A DNA stretch of 64,000 nucleotides from an uncultured bacterium (GTDB lineage Bacteria; Krumholzibacteriota; Krumholzibacteriia; LZORAL124-64-63). The position numbers and the translations under genes are program-made. The stretch spans positions 256,001-320,000 of the forward strand of contig CAVSZB010000008.1 in assembly GCA_963732385.1 (NCBI GenBank). The letters run 5' to 3'. Numbering within the stretch: the stretch's first letter is position 1; each line of letters starts with the position of its first letter. The notes under the pieces were generated by a model that did no database searches, was not told the origin of the DNA, and saw only the letters and a program-made list of their open reading frames with translations. This document shows positions 56,915-64,000 of this stretch, one piece after another.

Positions 56915-58105
56915 TCAGCGGCTGCGATCGGCAGCCCGTCGTGCCGCGGTCGTAAAGCGGTCCACCTGCTTCCGGTACTGCTCCCGATCCGGATCCGCCG
57001 CCGCCGCCTCCCGGGCGAGGTCCAGCGCTCCGCGCGGGTCGCCCCGGGCGGCGCGGATCTCCGCGGCGGTGTCGAGCGCGGCGGCCCGCCCGGCGCCATC
57101 GGCCGCCAGCGCGGCGCTGCGGCGGGCGAAGACCTCCGCCTCCTTGAGATTCACCCGGCTCTCGAAGCACCACCAGGCGAACTCGTTGAGGGCGCCGGCG
57201 TCGTCCCGCCAGCCTTCGCCGAGCGAGGCGCGCTTGAGCGCGAGGGCCCGTGCGCGGTCGTGGCCGACATGCAGGGCGTGCTCGATCTCCAACTCGCTGC
57301 GGTCGGCCTGCAGCGCCGGATCGACGATTCCCGCGGTCCGTTCGAGCGCCTCGGACAGGTACGGCTCACGCAGGGACGGCTTGTTCGCGCGGCGGGCGGA
57401 GCTGCTCATCAGATAGCCCGTCGTGAGCAACTGGTCCGGCTGCGCCTGCGGGGAGGCGAAAACCGCGGTGGCCGCCGCGCGCAGCTGGGCGGCGGTGGCG
57501 GTCTGGCGGCGGAAGCCCATGGCGACCGCCTCGAACGACGCAAAGGCATAATCCCCGGCCGGATCGAGGCGTTGCGCCTCGCCGTACCAGGTCACGGCCG
57601 CCGTGGCCTCGCCTTTCCCGGCCGCGATGCGGGCGAGCCGGACCGCATCCGGCGCGGACGGCTGGCTGCGGAAGCGGGCCGCGCGCCGGGTGACGGTGAG
57701 CGGGTCGGCCAGCGCGGCGTCGAGCCCGGCAGCGAACGGCTGCGGCCCCCCATAGCCGACCAGACGGTCGATCTCCTCGCCGGTCGCGTCCACGAGGACA
57801 AACGTGGGATAGCCGCGCACCGCGTGGCGCCTGGCCAGTTCCGGACCGGGGCCCTTCTCGGCATCGACCGGATGCAGGATGACGCGGGTGAGCGCGAGCT
57901 GCAGGAGGGAATCGCTGTCCGCCGCCCGGGCGAACTTCTTGCAGTAGCTTCACCAATCGGTGAAGAAGTCGATCAGGACCGGCTTGCCGTCTGTGGCGGC
58001 GCGGGCGAGGGCGGCGGCCAGGTCGTCCGCGGCGCGCGCGGCGGGGGGCGGGGCCAGCAGACCGGTCGCGCAGACGAGCGCGGCCAGGGCGAAGATCTTG
58101 CGCAT
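56915..58105 (-). CDS. Exported thioredoxin-fold plus TPR protein with an in-frame UGA at the active site (putative selenoprotein, UxxC)
   Basis: ATG 58105 after GGGAGG; signal peptide; KPVLIDFFTDW-TGA(57952-57950)-SYCKKF continues in frame to VRGYPTFVLVD (cis-Pro loop) and TPR-like helices; 396 aa. Confidence 0.85.
57917..57935 (-). promoter_or_regulatory. Putative bacterial SECIS hairpin
   Basis: The mRNA reads UGA + 14 nt + GUUCGCC-CGGGC-GGCGGAC: a 7-bp stem with a G-containing apical loop 21 nt after the UGA. Confidence 0.6.
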
Positions 58106-58302
58106 GGATGGCCTCCCGTCAGGGATTCGGCGCGGCCCGGCCCTTCCGGTCCGCGGGCCACATTGTAGCAGGCGTCCGGCCCCGGTGCACCCGGCTTCCC
58201 GTCCGCCCGGTTGCCGGGTTTCCGTCGCCGCCCTTGATTGTGTCCACGGCCGCAATGAACCGGTGCGCCGGGCGCGCCTTGCCGGTAGGATGGGTGTCCA
58301 CC

Positions 58303-61161
<2,859 letters not shown>

Positions 61162-61165
61162 GCTC

Positions 61166-62506
61166 ATGGCCGTCGAGCTGAAAGTGCCCGCCGTTGGCGA
61201 ATCGATCACTGAGGTGCGGATCGCGGCCTGGTTCAAGGCGCCAGGCGAGCGGGTCGAGCGCGACGAGCCGCTCGTCGAACTGGAGTCGGACAAGGCGACC
61301 ATCGAGTTGCCGGCGCCGCAGGCGGGCATCCTCGCCGAAATCCACAAGGGGGCCGGGGCCACTGCGACCATTGGCGAAGTGATCGGCCTGCTCGCCGGGC
61401 CGGACGAGGCGCGCGGGGCGGCCGGCGCTGCCGGCGCTGCCGCATCGGGAGCGCTGCCCCGGCCGCCTACGCGTCCGGGGGGCACTCCCGTCGCGGACGC
61501 GCCGGCAGCGCCGGCCGCCCCGCGCGCCTCGTCCGGCCCGGCGGGGAAGGCCGGACCGTTCGTCATGCCGGCGGCGGCACGGGCGTTGGCGGAGCACGGG
61601 ATGGAAGCCTCCGCTGCAATTGCGACGGGCCCCGGCGGTCGCCTCCTCAAAGAGGATGTCGAGCACGCCGCCTCCTCCCACGCGCCGGAGGGGGGCAGGG
61701 GCGGAGGCGGAGCGTCCGCACCAGGATTGCCCCCGGGCCGCGGAAGCGGCCCGGGGGGCGAGCCTGGTGCGGCAGCGACGCCGCAGCCCCTGCCCCCCGC
61801 CGCTGCGCGGGAGGAGCGCGCCGTGCCGATGTCCCCCCTGAGGCGGCGGGTGGCGGAACGGCTGGTGCAGGCGCAGCAGACGGCCGCCCTGCTGACGACC
61901 TTCAATGAGATCGACATGAACGAGGTGCTGCGGCTGCGCCGCGAACACCAGGACGATTTCCAGGCGAAGCACGGGGTGAAGCTCGGGCTGATGTCATTCT
62001 TCGTGAAGGCGACCGTGGAGGCGCTGCGGGAGGTTCCGCAGCTCAATGCGGAGTTGCGGGGGACCGACCTCGTCTACCGCAGCTACTGCGACATCGGCAT
62101 CGCGGTGGGGGGGGGCAAGGGGCTGGCGGTGCCGATCCTGCGCGACGCGGAGCGGCTCGGGCTCGGCGCGATCGAGCGGGCGATCGCCGACTTCGCGGCG
62201 CGGGCGCAGAAGAACCGACTCGACCTCGAGGAGCTGCAGGGGGGGACATTCACGATCAGCAATGGCGGCGTGTACGGCTCGCTGCTGTCGACGCCGATCG
62301 TCAACCCGCCGCAGAGCGGTATCCTCGGCCTGCACACGATCCAGGAGCGGCCGGTGGCGCGCGACGGGCAGGTGGTCATCCGGCCGATGATGTACGTCGC
62401 CGTCACCTACGACCACCGGGTGGTGGACGGGCGCGAGGCGGTGTCGTTCCTGAAGCTGATCAAGGCGCGCGTCGAACAGCCGGCGCGCCTGCTGCTGGAG
62501 ATCTGA
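61166..62506 (+). CDS. sucB: Dihydrolipoyllysine succinyltransferase E2
   Basis: Lipoyl domain ESDKAT, E3-binding [11 protein letters not shown], catalytic TYDHRVVDG; long Pro/Ala/Gly linkers. Confidence 0.96.
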   Translation: MAVELKVPAVGESITEVRIAAWFKAPGERVERDEPLVELESDKATIELPAPQAGILAEIHKGAGATATIGEVIGLLAGPDEARGAAGAAGAAASGALPRPPTRPGGTPVADAPAAPAAPRASSGPAGKAGPFVMPAAARALAEHGMEASAAIATGPGGRLLKEDVEHAASSHAPEGGRGGGGASAPGLPPGRGSGPGGEPGAAATPQPLPPAAAREERAVPMSPLRRRVAERLVQAQQTAALLTTFNEIDMNEVLRLRREHQDDFQAKHGVKLGLMSFFVKATVEALREVPQLNAELRGTDLVYRSYCDIGIAVGGGKGLAVPILRDAERLGLGAIERAIADFAARAQKNRLDLEELQGGTFTISNGGVYGSLLSTPIVNPPQSGILGLHTIQERPVARDGQVVIRPMMYVAVTYDHRVVDGREAVSFLKLIKARVEQPARLLLEI

Positions 62507-62519
62507 CCGGGGAGTGGTG

Positions 62520-63908
62520 ATGGAGCAGAAGCAGCACGATCTCGTCGTCATCGGCGCGGGGCCCGGCGGTTACGTGGCGGCCATCCGGGCCGCGCAGCTC
62601 GGCCTTGACGTGGCCTGCGTGGAGCGGGAGCCGGCCCTCGGTGGCACCTGCCTGCGCGTCGGCTGTATCCCGAGCAAGGTGTTGCTCGATTCGAGCGCGC
62701 GTTTCCACGAGGCGACGCACGAACTGTCGAAGCACGGCATCCGGATCGGCGACGTCACGCTCGACCTCGCAACGATGCTGGCGCGCAAGGACCGCATCGT
62801 CGGCGACCTGACGGCCGGCATCGGGCTCCTCTTCAAGCAGAACAAGGTGACGCGCTATCACGGGACGGCGCGTCTGGCCGGCCCGGGGCGGGTCGTGGTG
62901 GAAGGGCCCGATGCCGTGGAGCTCGCGGCGACGCACGTGCTGCTGGCGCCCGGCAGCCGGCCCGCCTCGCTGCCGGGGGTGGCCCTCGACGGGGACCGCG
63001 TCGGCGACAGCACGGCGGCGCTCGCCTGGTCCGTCGTGCCGGAACAGCTCGTGGTGATCGGCGCCGGCGCCATCGGTCTCGAGCTCGGTTCGGTCTGGCG
63101 GCGGCTCGGCGCCAGGGTCACGGTGGTGGAGTTTCTCGACCGCATCCTGCCCGGCATGGACCTCGAAATCGCGCGCGAGGCGCAGAAGCTGTTCAAGCGG
63201 CAGGGGATGACCTTCAAGCTGGGCGCCCGCGTCGAGGCGGCGCGGGCTGACGGTGACGGCGCCGTGGTCGAGATAGCCGGCGGGCCGCCGCTGCGCGCCG
63301 ACCGCGTGCTCGTGGCGGTGGGGCGCGCCCCGGCGACCGACGGACTCGGCCTGGCCGAGGCCGGCGTGCGCACCGACGCGAAGGGACGCATCGAGGTGGA
63401 CCCGCGGTTCGCCACGAGCGTGCCGGGAGTCTGGGCCATCGGCGACGCCATCGGCGGCCCGATGCTGGCGCACAAGGCGGAGGAGGAGGGGGTGGCCTGC
63501 GTCGAGGGGATCGTCGCCGGCCACGGGCACGTGAACTACGACGCCATCCCCGGCGTCTGCTACACCGAGCCGGAGGTCGCCGCGGTCGGGCTCACCGAGG
63601 AGGAACTGCAGGCCGCCGGGCGGGAGTTCCGCAAGGGGGTCTTCCACTTCCGCGCCAACAGTCGCGCGCGCGCCATGGGGCAGATCGACGGTCGCGTGAA
63701 AATCCTGGCCGACGCCGGCACCGACCGCGTGCTCGGCGTGCACATCATCGGTCCACGCGCCGGTGACCTCATCGCAGAGGCCGTCGCCGCCATCGCCTTC
63801 GGCGCCAGCAGCGAGGACATCGCCCGCGTCTGCCACGCCCACCCCACGCTTGCGGAGGCGATGAAGGAGGCGGCGCTGGCGGTGGACGGGCGGGCGATCC
63901 ACGGCTGA
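62520..63908 (+). CDS. lpdA: Dihydrolipoyl dehydrogenase E3
   Basis: GAGPGGYVAA, GGTCLRVGCIPSK, GAGAIGLE, MLAHKAEEEG, HAHPTLAE. Confidence 0.96.
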   Translation: MEQKQHDLVVIGAGPGGYVAAIRAAQLGLDVACVEREPALGGTCLRVGCIPSKVLLDSSARFHEATHELSKHGIRIGDVTLDLATMLARKDRIVGDLTAGIGLLFKQNKVTRYHGTARLAGPGRVVVEGPDAVELAATHVLLAPGSRPASLPGVALDGDRVGDSTAALAWSVVPEQLVVIGAGAIGLELGSVWRRLGARVTVVEFLDRILPGMDLEIAREAQKLFKRQGMTFKLGARVEAARADGDGAVVEIAGGPPLRADRVLVAVGRAPATDGLGLAEAGVRTDAKGRIEVDPRFATSVPGVWAIGDAIGGPMLAHKAEEEGVACVEGIVAGHGHVNYDAIPGVCYTEPEVAAVGLTEEELQAAGREFRKGVFHFRANSRARAMGQIDGRVKILADAGTDRVLGVHIIGPRAGDLIAEAVAAIAFGASSEDIARVCHAHPTLAEAMKEAALAVDGRAIHG

Positions 63909-63931
63909 AACGCGCCGCGGCACGGCGCCGC

Positions 63932-64000
63932 TCAGACGCGCCTGGCGACAGCCTGCCGGTAGAGGTCCAGGTAGGCCTCCACCTGCTGTTCCCGCGTCCA
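63932..64000 (-). CDS. 3' end of a gene entering from the right, probably a GT4 glycosyltransferase
   Basis: The minus strand reads WTREQQVEAYLDLYRQAVARRV*, resembling the terminal helix of GT-B/GT4 enzymes; only 22 codons are visible. Confidence 0.4.
   Translation of the reverse strand, partial: WTREQQVEAYLDLYRQAVARRV

Noticed and set aside
57950..57952. Genome-wide UGA reassignment (Trp or Gly) as the explanation of the in-frame TGA
   Set aside because: Many genes in the window end at TGA at their expected C-termini, and TGG is used for Trp, so readthrough must be site-specific.

Overview
A very GC-rich bacterial chromosomal segment, densely coding and mostly housekeeping or envelope genes. 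I found no rRNA, tRNA, CRISPR array, transposase or phage gene. In order it carries: a purine-catabolism block (8-oxoguanine-deaminase-like amidohydrolase divergent from a three-subunit xanthine-dehydrogenase-family enzyme, with dihydropyrimidinase nearby); an lpoB/lipoprotein/GT-C-TPR operon; a leucine-degradation methylcrotonyl-CoA carboxylase cluster; class II ribonucleotide reductase nrdJ with tandem NrdR boxes; mqnD; an ABC exporter; a Zn-phospholipase-C-like lipoprotein; quinol-dependent NO reductase; thyX; a frameshifted hutU; a two-subunit fumarase; wzz/wzx; a double FKBP; a lipoprotein plus three L,D-transpeptidase-fold genes behind a long structured leader; and sucA-sucB-lpdA. The strongest finding, missed by the ORF track, is a 396-aa exported thioredoxin-TPR protein at 56915-58105 (-). 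Its active site reads W-TGA-S-Y-C (UxxC) with a SECIS-like hairpin just downstream, so it is probably a selenoprotein. It sits tail-to-tail with the L,D-transpeptidase operon, which may encode an Lpp-like envelope-tethering system under cis-RNA control. A secreted protein ending in SWTRVKTLYR hints at an FCB-group candidate lineage such as Krumholzibacteriota, Eisenbacteria or Latescibacterota (inference). All assignments come from motifs read by eye; no database searches were run.
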